NCBI RefSeq assembly: GCF_006345805.1
Contig: NC_043004.1
Span: 57,226,001 to 57,290,000 of the forward strand
From: Octopus sinensis
Taxonomy: Eukaryota
Length of the DNA stretch: 64,000 bases
Direction: 5' to 3'
Part shown: piece by piece, positions 1 to 12,399 of the stretch
Layout: each line of letters begins with the position of its first letter
Numbering within the stretch: position 1 is the first letter of the stretch
Notes under the pieces: model-generated
Told to the model about the DNA's origin: nothing
The model's database searches: none
Seen by the model: only the letters and a program-made list of their open reading frames with translations
Position numbers and translations under genes: made by a program

Positions 1-40
1 TGGATGTCTATAAAAAAAATGTTTGTTTTAAACCTTGAGA

Positions 41-427
41 TTACATAGAAAGTATTTTGCGTAGGATATGAGCAGTTCCCATGAGCACTATCTTTTGAAT
101 TTCTGCCATTTTTGGGTTTCCTGGTATCTGAGTTAGGTAGCTATCAGCCCCTTTTGCTATCATTCCCAGGGCACCTATGACAACAGGTATTGTTTTAGTA
201 TTCAGGTTCCACATTTTGCTGATTTCTATTTCAAGATCTTTATATTTGCTCAGTTTTTGGTAGGTCTTGACAGATACGTTTATATCGATTGGGACAGTCA
301 TATCAATGAGGAGGCATGTTCTTTGTTTGAAGTCTTTCAATATGATGTCTGGCCTATTTGCATCTACCTTTCTGTCAGTTTGAATGGTGAAGTTCCAGAG
401 GAGTGAGATGTGGTCATTTTCAAGCAC
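41..427 (-). CDS. Restriction-like endonuclease C-terminus of the same R4/Dong ORF (not an independent gene)
   Basis: LWNFTIQTDRKVDANRPDIILKD, LIDMTVP, KLSKYKDLEIE, IPVVIGALG and QKIVLMGTAHILRK are typical R4-clade REL motifs. Confidence 0.88.
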   Translation of the reverse strand: MLENDHISLLWNFTIQTDRKVDANRPDIILKDFKQRTCLLIDMTVPIDINVSVKTYQKLSKYKDLEIEISKMWNLNTKTIPVVIGALGMIAKGADSYLTQIPGNPKMAEIQKIVLMGTAHILRKILSM

Positions 428-1001
428 TGGGGGTGGTTTTTGTTCCCACCAGTTTTTTCATGGGGAAAATCCAGGTTTTTGCAGATTACCCAGTGAATAT
501 ATTGTGCAGCTCTATCGTGCCTGTTGAGATACTCTGTAGGCGCTAGAAGACTGCACTTGGAGACAACATGATCAATGGTTTCATTTTGTTGTCGGCATAC
601 ACGACATGTTGGGCTACTGCTGATCTTTTATATGTTGGCCTGGTAGTTTCTTGTTGGTAGGCATTGATCTTGAGCTGCTATGATAAACCCCCTGTTTCAG
701 ATTTTAATCCTGAGGCCATTAGCCATTGATGGGTCAGGGCTTTGTCAACATCTGCATAATTCGCTCTCTTTGGGTATTTGCCATAGAGAGGTTTTTCTTG
801 CCATTTATTATTCAGGCCGCAGATTTAGCACGGGTTAGCTTTTTCTGTGCCTGTTTCTTGTATGTCTATCTCTAATTCCGAAATTTGTTGTATTCGGAAT
901 TCACTTAGATATTCCTTTGCCTGTTTTGTTACTGAGTATGATGCTTTCTTGTTTTCATGTTTTGAGACAAGTTTTAGCATCCAGTCCTCAGAGTTTTTCA
1001 G

Positions 1002-2381
1002 CTAGGTGTCTAAGCCAATTGTAGCAATATTCATTGTTATTGCCAGTTGTAAAAGTCCACGGCCTCCCTCTTTTCTTGGCAGATGAAGTTGTTCTGTATC
1101 TGCCTTAGGGTGGTGCATTCTATGCATTGTCAACAGTTTTCGTATTTTTCTGTCAACATTACATATTTCAGTAATTGACCAGTTAACGATATTGAAACTG
1201 TAAGTCACGACTGGTATGGCTAATGCATTGATCGCTTCGATCCTGTTTCTCGCATTCGGCTCTGTCCTGAGTATTGCTCTTACTCTGCGATAACATTCTT
1301 TCCTGATCCTTTCCTTCATCTCTGAATGCCTTATTCCCTCTCCTTCAATTACCCCTAGATACTTGTAGTTCTCCGCTGGGTCTAATTCTTTTATGACGTT
1401 CTGCTGGTCAAGGTTAACGTTAGATGTTTCTGTCATTTTTCCTTTGATAAAGGTAGCTTTTGCACACTTATCGAGGCCAAATTGCATTCTGATGTCATCA
1501 CTGAATTGTTTGACAATCGCTAGTAAGCCCATGAGTTGTTGGTCATTTTTTGCAAAGAGCTTTAAATCATCCATGTAAATGAGATGATTTATATTTTTAT
1601 CAAACAGTTTATATCCGTACTGCGCGTCATTGAGCAGTTTTGAGAGAGGTATTAAGGCTAAACAGAAGAGGAGTGGTGATAGTGAGTCACCCTGGAAAAT
1701 GCCACATGAAATTTTTACATAACCAGCATTTAGAGATTCATTGTCGCTGTTCAAAGTTAGTGTGGTTCTCCATGATCTCATACTTACAGACAAAAAGTTT
1801 CGCATTGTCGGTGCTATCTTATACATGTTTAGGCATTTCTTAATCCAGCTATGTGGTAGGCTATCAAAAGCCTTTTTATAGTCTATCCAGGCTATTGATA
1901 AGTTTTTGTGTCGTTTGTGACAATCTTCTAAGATCATCTTATTGATGAGTAGCTGATCTTTACAACCGTAGGATCCACGTTTACATCCTTTCTGTTCATT
2001 AGGGAATATGCTGCTGTCTGTCAGAAAACTATAGGTATATTCCGTCAGGACAGATGTTAGTGTTTTATACATAGTTGTTAAGCAGGTTATGGGTGTATAG
2101 TTTTTTGGTTCATTTGTTTCTTCACTTTTTGGAAGCAGGAATGTTAACCCATTAACTAGCCAAGGAGGCATCCTACTAGGGTGTTGCAAAACATCATTGT
2201 ACAGTTCTGTTAGCAGTTCATGGCTCTCTGGGAAGGCATTCAGCCAGAAGTTAGGAATTTTATCCTTTCCTGGAGACTTCCATTTGCTTGACCTCCTGAG
2301 AGCAGATCTTATATCTTCTACCTTGACACCCTCCCACTTTTGCTCATCTAAGGAGTCCAGTTCTTTAGATACTCTATCAAT
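1002..2381 (-). CDS. Reverse transcriptase portion of the R4/Dong ORF
   Basis: Track ORF 1002-2189 extends in frame to 2381 (IDRVSKELDSLDEQKWEG...KSPGKDKIPNFWL). It ends at a premature TAG, after which the frame continues LKNSEDWMLKLV. Confidence 0.9.
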   Translation of the reverse strand: MDRVSKELDSLDEQKWEGVKVEDIRSALRRSSKWKSPGKDKIPNFWLNAFPESHELLTELYNDVLQHPSRMPPWLVNGLTFLLPKSEETNEPKNYTPITCLTTMYKTLTSVLTEYTYSFLTDSSIFPNEQKGCKRGSYGCKDQLLINKMILEDCHKRHKNLSIAWIDYKKAFDSLPHSWIKKCLNMYKIAPTMRNFLSVSMRSWRTTLTLNSDNESLNAGYVKISCGIFQGDSLSPLLFCLALIPLSKLLNDAQYGYKLFDKNINHLIYMDDLKLFAKNDQQLMGLLAIVKQFSDDIRMQFGLDKCAKATFIKGKMTETSNVNLDQQNVIKELDPAENYKYLGVIEGEGIRHSEMKERIRKECYRRVRAILRTEPNARNRIEAINALAIPVVTYSFNIVNWSITEICNVDRKIRKLLTMHRMHHPKADTEQLHLPRKEGGRGLLQLAITMNIATIGLDT

Positions 2382-2407
2382 CTATATTATTATTATTATT
2401 ATTATTC

Positions 2408-2556
2408 AGGTCACTGCCTGGAATCGAACTCGGAATCTTGGGGTTAGTAGCTCACGAGTATAACCGCTATACCATATGCCCGTGGGTATATGACGTAGTG
2501 GTTAAGAGCGCGAGCTACAACTCATGGATTCCGAGTTCGATTCAAGGCAGTGATCT
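2408..2556. repeat. Head-to-head palindrome of two tRNA-like (SINE-head-like) units
   Basis: Arm 2408-2481 (minus) and arm 2484-2556 (plus) are diverged reverse complements. Each has an A-box-like TGGTATAGCGG or TGACGTAGTGG and a B box GAGTTCGATTC. Confidence 0.8.
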
Positions 2557-2719
2557 GGTTTCCTAATCTCTCGTTTTAAAAGTATGCATATATATATATA
2601 TCGATGTCACATTCGTTGAAAGCCTGCGAAATAACAAGGAAAAGAAAAAAACATGAAAGAAATCTCCGTTGCTGGTAAACGCAGATCTCCCCAGTGATCC
2701 GACGGATCAGGGGTAGTCT

Positions 2720-2871
2720 CGTATATATGCCTACATATATACATATATATCATATATATATATATATATATGTATGTATATATATATATATATATCATAT
2801 ATATATATGTATGTATATATATCATATATATGTATACATGTATATGTATATCATATATATGTATATGTATA

Positions 2872-2926
<55 letters not shown>

Positions 2927-3804
2927 ATATATATATATGTATGTATATATAATATGTATGTATGTATGTATATATATATGTATGTAATATATATATATGT
3001 ATGTATATATATATATGAATGTATATATATATATATGTAGTATGTATATATATATGTATGTATATATGTATATATATGTATGTATATATATATATGTATG
3101 TATATATATATATGTATGTATATATATATATGTATGTATGTATATATATATATATATGTATGTATATGTATGTATGTATGTATATATATGTATGTATGTA
3201 TATATATATATATGTATGTATGTATATATATATATATGTATGTATGTATATGTATGTATGTATATATATATATGTATGTATGTATATATATATATGTATG
3301 TATGTATATATATATATATGTATGTATGTATATATATATATATATGTATGTATGTATGTATATATATATGTATGTATGTATATATATATATATGTATGTA
3401 TGTATATATATATATATGTATGTATGTATATATATATGTATGTATGTATATATATATATATGTATGTATGTATATATATATGTATGTATGTATATATATA
3501 TATGTATGTATGTATATATATATATATGTATGTATATATATATATATGTATGTATGTATATATATATGTATGTATGTATATATATATATGTATGTATGTA
3601 TATATATATATATATGTATGTATGTATATATATATGTATGTATGTATATATATATGTATGTATGTATATATATATATATGTATGTATAATATATATATAT
3701 GTATGTATATATATATATATAATATATATATGTATGTATATATATATATATGTATGTATATGTATATATATGTATATGTATATATATATATCATATGTAT
3801 ATAC
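2720..3804. repeat. Compound (TA)n/(TATG)n microsatellite, about 1.1 kb
   Basis: Directly visible; source of the Y/I/H/T and Y/V/C/M pseudo-ORFs. Confidence 0.97.
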
Positions 3805-4474
3805 ATAACTTTCCGGTCCAGAGAACAAGGTGTCATCATACCACTTTTTTCATCCTTTGTACGGCCACACCTTGAATACTGCTGCCCACTGTGGTCTCCT
3901 CACACAAGACAAAACATCTCCAGAATTGAGTCACCCCAGAGGGCTCTCACTAAACAAATTGAAAGCATGGCTGCTCTCGACTATTGGGATCGCCTTAAAG
4001 CCTTGAAACTTTACTCCCTCCAGCGTCGCCGTGAGCCGTACATCATTTGTACGATGTGGAAAATATACCGCCAACTTTGCCCAAACGACCTAAACATTAG
4101 CTTCAAGGTTCATCCGAGACTTGGACCACGGGCTATACGTCCCCTGCCAAATTCAAGATCACAACATACATGTACACTGCAACATAATTTCTTTTCCTCA
4201 ACAGGCCCTGCCCTATTTAACATTGTCCCGAGGAGATCAAAGAGGAAAAGGATCCCATCAACTTCAAACAGACAAGCCACCCATAATTGGATACAACTCA
4301 CCCAACAAGAACTCACTACTTGAACAAAACTGGATACAACTCACCCAACAAGAACTCACTACTTGAACAAAACTTGACTTAAACAGGATTCGAATAATCC
4401 TATCAGGTGGTGCTATTAGGTTAGACATGGCCTGGACCAATCTCTGGTCGAAACATATCTAAGTTTTATCTAAG
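3805..4474 (+). mobile_element. CR1/L2-type LINE 3' fragment (RT C-terminus plus 3' UTR)
   Basis: [42 protein letters not shown]. The end carries a short tandem tail (ATCTAAGTTTT)x2. Confidence 0.85.
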
Positions 4475-4506
4475 TTTTATATATATACATTTATATATTT
4501 AAGTAA

Positions 4507-4556
<50 letters not shown>

Positions 4557-4722
4557 ATATATATGTGTGTGTGTGTGTGTATAGATATATAGTATGAATG
4601 TATATATATATAGGTTATATATTCCTGCATGTAACGGTGTGTCTTGTTTGCGAAATTGAATGATGTTCGGGGTTGTTTTCTCCTTGTGCTACATAATCTG
4701 AGCTACTTATTACACGATGTCT

Positions 4723-4873
4723 TGTGTGGTAAGTAGCTTGTTTACCAACCACATGATTCCAGGTTCAGTCTCACTGCGTGGCACCGTGGGCAAGTGTCTT
4801 CTACTATAGCCTCGGGTCGACCAAAGCCTTGTGAGTAGATTTTGTAGACGGAAACTGAAAGAAGCCCGTCGTA

Positions 4874-4905
<32 letters not shown>

Positions 4906-5085
4906 GTTTGTGTGTCTGTGTTTGTCCCCCTAGCATTGCTTGACAACTAATGCTGATGTGCTTATATCCCCGTCACTTAGCGGTTCGGCAAAGGAGACCG
5001 GTAGAATAAGTCCCGGGGTTGAGTTGCTCGATTAAAGGCGGTGCTCCAGCATGGCCGCAGTCAAATGACTGAAACAAGTAAAAGT
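4723..5085 (+). mobile_element. tRNA-derived SINE family A, 5'-clipped copy
   Basis: Matches copies at 10151, 43557, 54361 and 63562: GGCACC(T/G)TGGGCAAGTGTCTT core, internal (TA)n, tail GCAGTCAAATGACTGAAACAAGTAAAAG. Confidence 0.9.
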
Positions 5086-5138
5086 GTAATAGAATATTTT
5101 GATGAATTTTTTTATATTTTCGATATTATATATATATG

Positions 5139-5179
<41 letters not shown>

Positions 5180-5592
5180 GTGTGTGTGTTCACATACGCT
5201 GAAACATTTGTGAGAATGTATTTTGTGCAAGATGTGGTGATTTGCATAGATTCGCTAGCGAGTTTTTTTTTCTCTCTCTCTGAGCATGTGTTTATGCATG
5301 TGCGTAGAGCTACGCAGTATTCGTTTCTTTTAACTTCGACCTATTACCGTTTGAAACTGTGTTAGTATGTAGGCAATATGGAGACGTGCCAAAAATCAAT
5401 ATACAGACCGGAATCACATTGTGTAGGCAAGTAAAAAATGGCGCATGGTACTTTGTGTCAGGACCAAGAGAAGTTAGGTCATATAAGAGAAATTAGAGAG
5501 TGTATGAGAGAGAGAGAGAGAGAGTGGGATGGATAGAGAAGTAGAAGGGAGAGAGAGAGACTGAGAATGACAAACAAAAAAACTGATCATGT

Positions 5593-5648
<56 letters not shown>

Positions 5649-6677
5649 ATACTGTCTTGCGTGCTTTTAAGTGTAGGTGCCTGAAAGAATGTGTGCGCTA
5701 GTGTGAGAAAGAGAGAAAGAGAGGGAAATAAAAGAAGAGATGAGTTGGGATGTGTATGAGAGACCGAGAAAATGAATTCGTGCTTGAATGTTCGCGCTTG
5801 TGTTTCTGTGCAAGGGAATATGGCAGCAAACAATAGGCTGTATAGACGATCTTTTGAGAGACATGTCAGAAGATCGCAAATTTGGGTTATGGAAAGAATG
5901 GAAGAATAAAAAAGACAAAGTAGTTTTATTTAAGAGAATGGTAATAAGGGAGTGATAAATTATCAGAGAGAGAGAGACAGAGATTAACAGAGATGATGTG
6001 AAAGTGCTATAGTGTTTACGCCAACCAGAACGGGAGTAAGTGTAGAAGAAATAGTAAACTTCTTAAATTCAGATGACCTGTTGCTCTGAGTTAGTACGTA
6101 GAAATAAATAAACATTGACACAGGATGGAAAAATAAACGAAGATTAATAGACGGAGATAAACGCGATGTTTTTACGCAAATGAAGATAGATGGTAATGGA
6201 AAGGAACTATTATTAAACGAAACAGTTTGAAAAATAGAGGAAACATCTAAATGAAAACGATATGAAACTAAACAGTCTCAGACAGGTACTGTTCATGGTG
6301 GAAAAAAAATAAAATAGAAAAATATGACATTATACTAATAAATAATGACGTATGGCACTGAATATTGTCGTTTTGCAAACATTTGAAACAATGTCAAATT
6401 CTTATATCAAAAAATTTCAGTCAATCATACTCTACTCGGCAAATCTAAGGCTCCTTCTCTGTCTAAATTGCTGGATATGTTGAGATACTGATTTTTGAGG
6501 AAAGGATCTAGCATATGTAATATAATGAATTCAAGCTCTTTACTAGTTATTATCCATTTAGGGATCAGATACACGCTTGACTTAAATTAATACACTGTGA
6601 ATAATATAGTCGCTGGAAGACATCCTGAAATATGTGACGTGTACTCATCAAATGTACTTCATCAAACATACTTCATG

Positions 6678-7069
6678 CGGGGGAGGGAAGCACTCCGTCG
6701 GTTACGACGATGAGGGTTCCGGTTGATCCGAATCAATGGAACAGCCTGCTCGTGAAATTAACGTGTAAGTGGTTGAGCACTCCACAGACACATGTACCCT
6801 TAACGTAGTTCTCGGGGATATTCAGCGTGACACAGAGAGTGACAAGGCTGGCCCTTTGAAATACAGGTACAACAGAAACAGGAAGTAAGATTGAGAGAAA
6901 GTTATGGTGAAAGAGTACAGCAGGGATCACCACCATCCCCTGTCGGAGCCTCGTGGAGCTTTAGGTGTTTTCGCTCAATAAACACTCACAACGCCCGGTC
7001 TGGGAATCGAAACCGCGATCCTATGACCGCGAGTCCGCTGCCCTAACCACTGGGCCATTGCGCCTCCAC
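6678..7069 (-). mobile_element. tRNA-derived SINE family C, full length with target-site duplication
   Basis: Minus-strand head GTGGAGGCGCAATGGCCCAGTGGTTAGGGCAGCGGACTCGCGGTCATAGGATCGCGGTTTCGATTCCC. 11-bp TSD CATACTTCATG at 6667-6677 and 7070-7080. Confidence 0.88.
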
Positions 7070-8036
7070 CATACTTCATGAAGATTGTCTGTCTGTCTGT
7101 AAATGTAACCTTTCAACTTAAATTCTCGAAATTAATAAAATGCCTTCTCAAAGTTTTTCATTTGAACTGAGGTATGATAAAACATTACATATTTCATGTT
7201 TGCAAAATATTCCAAAACAGCTATTTTATTATATTATTTATATTATTATGATCTACCACCATTCTTAGATCTTGGAATAATTGTAATTGTATACGAATTT
7301 TTGTCAATACGTGTCAAATTTAAGACCTTAAAGTTGATATATTTTTTAAGGCTAGGAGTCAGTTGTAGCATTCTCCCTCAACTATATTGTTGCATTATAT
7401 AATGATCATCAGTACTAAAATTTCTCATTCCAAATAAACTGTGTGGTATATATCGTATGACAGAAATAGGTCATCTAACACGATATGTATATGTCATTCT
7501 TGAACCATATTTTCCATTTGTACAAACGGTTATTTAATTGAATTAGTTGGAATTATTTACTTTCATTTGATTTTTTTTTTAGTGTACCACCAAATAAGGG
7601 AAATTTGTCTAATTATTGCACAGATATTTGTAGCTAGTCGATATCTTTCAAAGCAATATATTACATATTAACTTACTATTGTTATATAACGTGCAGCAGA
7701 AATCGGTACTCTCAGTCATGTCCTTGAAATTGAAAAACGTAGTCACTGCAGTCTCCATCCAATTTTCGAACCACCTTTATATATATATTTTACTTGTTTC
7801 AGTTATTAGTTTGCAGCCATGCAGGAGAATCGCCTTAAGGAATATTAGTCAAATATTAGGATCGACCTCAGTCCTTTTCGTAATGCTTTCTACTGGACAA
7901 ATCGTCTGTTTTCTTGAAACGATGTGTTTCGGGATATATAAGAAGACCGGTAATAATTCTGTGGTTGGAGAGAAACATAGAAAAATGCATATACAACTCT
8001 CTGTGTCTGTCTGTCTGTCTCTCTATCTATCTATCA

Positions 8037-8068
<32 letters not shown>

Positions 8069-8219
8069 GTCTGTTTATCTATCTATCTATCTATTTATCG
8101 TATCCATTTATTTATCTATCTATTGATACGTATATTATATGTGTATGAGAGTGTCTGCGTGTGTATACAACTTCAACTTTAAACAGTATACACATACATA
8201 CATACACATACACCCATAT

Positions 8220-8253
<34 letters not shown>

Positions 8254-10150
8254 CATAGAGAGAGAAAGAGAGAGATAGTGAGGGAGGGGCTTACTTTAAA
8301 TTTTCGTCCAGCAATTCACTCGGAAGGCTTTAGTTGATCCGAAGCTATAGCAGCGCAGTGGCACACCTACGTCTGCATATATATTATTTATATTGCTTTA
8401 TATTACTATATTATATGTTATTATATTATATTATATTGTATCATATTATATCATATAATATAATATAATAAATTATATTATATCATATATGAGTCCCAGT
8501 TTTAATGTATGCCAACTGTGAAACATATGTTTCTCTGTAAAACGGTAATACGACATAAGCTGATGCTCGTCTGCTGTACTACGCTTCAGTCTAGATTTAA
8601 ATTCCGAAATGTTTTGCTATATTTCCCGAATTTTCAGTTATTTAAATATAAGTTACTACGAGATTTTCAACGTTCATCAACATTTGTGAGTGATTTCTGT
8701 TTTCCAGTAGCACGTAAAATGTCAGTATATCCAAGATTTTCAAATAATGAATGTATATATGTGATACTATAACATATTTAGGGTAATGGCACATTATTTT
8801 ATCAATATACAACGTTGTGAAAATAGAAAAAAACTCATAGAGATAAAACGGTATAGAAAGGCAATGTGGGAAGTGAAAGAGAAAGAGAAACCAGGAGAAT
8901 TGAGGTTCAAATATTAGCACATTGACAATCAACAATGTAGAACTAGCATAAAACTAGATCAAGGGGGAAGATCAAATAGTACTGCTTTGATAATTGAATT
9001 AGGAATTATACTGATGCGGATGGGGGAGTGAAAAATAGAACCTTCGACAAAAAGTGAATGAATGGCGGAAGAAATTTTGACAAGATGACATTGATATACA
9101 CAAATAAACAAATTGGTTCCTGACGTTTGAAGCGATAACAATATAAATATATATTATTAGCATCAGCAACAACCTGAATGCCAAAGGAATAATAATAATA
9201 ATAATAATAATAAAAACAACAATAATGATGATGATGATAATAATAATAATAATAGATGACTCCAAACATAAATATTCAATCAAGCATGTTCAGATTTACA
9301 AACAGAAGATCAACATTGACCTGAACAGAGTATATAAATATTATTTGCTATTTGTATCGATCTACTGGTAAGTAAATGTGTATCGCTGTGCATATGAATT
9401 TGTATATATATATGTGTTTGTATGTGTGTGTGTACATATATATCATATATATTTATATATATGGGGGTGGGGTATGTATGATGAAGGCCGAATCATATGT
9501 ACATATGGCATAAAGAAAATAAACATTCCCAAAGTAAATACGCAATACGCAGAACCTACAAACACAGACATTTGAGGCGTGTGTGTCTGTGTGTTTGAAT
9601 CTGTGTGTGTGTAGCTAAGACGCAGTAAACATGTAAGCTTGTAAAAATGTATAAAAATCTGAGTGCATATATATATATATATGTATGTATGGGATGGGTG
9701 TTTGTGTGCGTGTGTGTGTGTATGTGCGTGCGTAACTACGCATGCATGTATGCAGGGAGAGATATGGCAAGAAAACGAGTGGCAAAAATTCAATGCATAA
9801 TGAAAACAAGAGAACCACAAGAGATGCAACACACGCACACACAAACACACACACATACACACAGACACATTCACATACACATGCACGCACATACACGCAC
9901 AAACAAACAAATATACCAATCTGTCTTTAAAATGAATATTGTTAATAATTTATCTAAGTCTGCGATATATTTCAGATGGAATAGTGCATAGTACATACCG
10001 TGAAAACATTTCGACGGCTATGATAATAGCTGTGGGTTAATGACTTCGATATATATTACTTGGAGATCTGCGGGTTCGCTATATATATATATATAATATA
10101 TATATATATATATAATATATATATATATATATACACATACATATATATAT

Positions 10151-10539
10151 TCTCTTACTCTTTACTTGTTTCAGTCATTTGACTGCGGCCATGCGGAGCA
10201 CCGTCTTTAGTCGAGCAAATCGACCCTAGGACTTTTCTTTGGAAGCCTAGTACTTATTCTATCGGACACTTTGGCCGAACCGCTAAGTTGCGGGGACGTA
10301 AACATACCAGCATCGGCTGTGAGGCGATGTTGGGAGACAAAGATACACAAACATATACAGAAACAGTTACACATACATATATACGACAGGTTTCTTTCAG
10401 ATTCGGTCTACCAAATCCACTCACAAGGCTTTGATCGGCCCGATGTTATTGCAGAAGACACTTGCCCAAGGTGCCATGCAGTGGGAATGAACATGGAACC
10501 ATGTGGCTGGTAAGCAAGCTACTTATTACATAGCCACTC
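10151..10539 (-). mobile_element. SINE family A copy
   Basis: Reverse complement of the family A copies; flanked by (TA)n on both sides. Confidence 0.9.
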
Positions 10540-10707
10540 ATATATGTATATATATAATATATAAATATATATATAAAATATATATATATATATAATGCAT
10601 GTGCGTGTGTATGTATGTGAGTATGTGTGAATGTATGTATGGATAGATACCTGCGTGTGCAGGGGCGATAATACATACAGATACAATTATATATGGATGT
10701 ACATGTA

Positions 10708-11999
10708 CGAGGGACGTTCAATAAGTAATGCCTCTGACCCACTTGCATATATTTGATCTAGCTGAAATTTTGCATGTGCAATTATTTATATCCCTATAGA
10801 TTAAGTGGCAAATTACAGCTCTGAATTAATTGTGGTTTCTGATTTACAGGTGTTTGAACCGAGTCAAGTGTGAAATGGAGCCTGTTGAGTGTCGAGCAGT
10901 GATCCGGTTTTTGTATTTGAAAGGACGCACACCACGGGAGACTTTTGATGAAATGAAAGTAACTTATGGTGATGATGCCCCATCATATGACCTTGTAAAA
11001 CGCTGGCATCGTGAATTCAAACATGGTCAGAACTCTGTGGAAACAGCTCCCAGATCTGGTCGCCCCCTTCTGCCATTCATGAGGCATCTGTCCGTCAAGT
11101 TGAGGCTGCCATTTTGGAAGATCGACGCATAATTATTCGCCAAATAGCCAATGAGGTCGAGATTATTACCGGGTCTGTGAAAACTATCATTCATGACCAT
11201 TTGCATATGCAAAAGGTGTCTGCCAGATGGATTCCCAGGTTGCTCACGCCTTTCCAGAAGCAAGAACGCGTCGAGTGCTCGAGGGTGAATTTGGAGATGT
11301 GCCATGAAGATGAGTCAAAATTTTTCAAAAGACTGATTACACAGGATGAAACCTGGGTCCATCACGATGATCCAGAGACCAAAGCCCAGTCAATGCAGTG
11401 GAAGCTCCATGACTCACCCCCTCCAAAGAAGGCAAGGGTGCAGCCCTCCGCTGGCAAGGTCATGCTCACAGTCTTCTGGGACCAGGACGGAGTAGTGATG
11501 ACAGATTTCCTGGCAAAGGGTACCACAATTGCAGGAGCCTATTATACTTCACTTTTGAGGGAATTAAGAGAAGTTATCAAAATCAAGAGGCGGGGCAAGA
11601 TCAGCAAAGGCATCCTCCTCCTGCAGGACAACGCTCCGGTCCACAACTCGCTTGTCGCCAGATCAGAAGCACAGGCGTATGGCTATGAAGTCCTCCCCCA
11701 TCCCTCCTACTTTCCTGACCTTGCACCCTCTGATTTTCACCTCTTCCCAATCATGAAGTTGTTTTTGAAAGGAAAGCGTTTCCCAGATGATGCAGCCTTG
11801 ATTTCTGAAGTCACGTTGAGGTTGGAGGACCAAGCTGGGTTCTTCTACAAAAACGGTCTCCAGAGCCGCATCATACGATGGGAGGAATGCGTAACTCTGG
11901 GTATTTCCTATGTAGAAAAAGACTAATAACTGTGCCAAGTTTCGTTGCTCTACTGCTATGGGAAGTGGGTCAGGGGCATTACTTATTGAACGCCCTTCG
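10708..11999 (+). mobile_element. Full-length mariner (DD34D) DNA transposon, 1292 bp, probably irritans-like
   Basis: 37-bp TIRs (10708-10744 and 11963-11999, 3 mismatches); TA target duplication at 10706-10707 and 12000-12001; internal transposase. Confidence 0.95.
10875..11926 (+). pseudogene. Mariner transposase with a single frameshift
   Basis: MEPVECRAVIRFL...PRSGRP, then a 1-nt loss in the C run near 11063-11067, then SAIHEASVRQVEAAILEDRR...WIPRLL...TQDETW...LQDNAPVH...YFPDLAPSDFHLF. There are 34 residues between the second and third Asp. Confidence 0.92.
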
Positions 12000-12399
12000 T
12001 ACATATGAGTACGAGTTGTATATGTAGATATATTTCCTTCTACTACTAAGCACTGACCTGTCCGACCAACCTAATCTATATTCCTAAATTCTTCATTCCA
12101 CCATATTACTACCCCTCCCACTGCCCCATCACTTAGACTATCTTTACACAACTGACCCTCCTTTACTTTCTACACTATTATACTCTCTCTCTATCAACAT
12201 CATTCCTTCTATTTGACACTCCTTTACTATTTATCCTATCATCTTTTTGCACGCTAATATCCTTCTCTCGCTCTCACCCTCATCTCCCCATTCCTACTTT
12301 CAATTTATCTTGACTGACAACTAATTGGTACACTTTCCTTGTCATCATCTCTCTCCTTATTTTTCTTTTTTTCTCTCTTCCTCTTTTTTATTTTTTACT

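Larger units (their letters stand above)
1..2382 (-). mobile_element. R4/Dong-clade non-LTR retrotransposon, 5'-truncated, with a few disabling mutations; 3' UTR runs off the window start
   Basis: Minus-strand order is RT (DYKKAFDS, FQGDSLSPLLF, YMDDLKLF), then CCHC knuckle CRVCRQQNETIDHVVSKC (606-553), then restriction-like endonuclease (RPDIILKD...DMTVP...KLSKYKDL). The 5' end abuts a (TAA)n run at 2385-2406. Confidence 0.92.

Noticed and set aside
2607-3839. Long ORFs of 230-434 aa rich in Y/I/H/T or Y/V/C/M
   Set aside because: Translations of (TA)n/(TATG)n, which lack stops in most frames. Only the CR1 tail of ORF 3019-4323 is real.
4432-4462. GACC/GGTC hairpin followed by GAAA at the CR1 3' end
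   Set aside because: No CUGANGA core; better explained as an ordinary LINE 3' stem-loop.
6990-7069. tRNA gene
   Set aside because: The tRNA-like sequence continues into a SINE body bounded by a TSD and lacks a proper acceptor stem. The same applies to the other SINE heads.
7785-7950. Apparent plus-strand exon after TTTACTTGTTTCAG
   Set aside because: The acceptor-like sequence is the reverse complement of a decayed SINE A tail.
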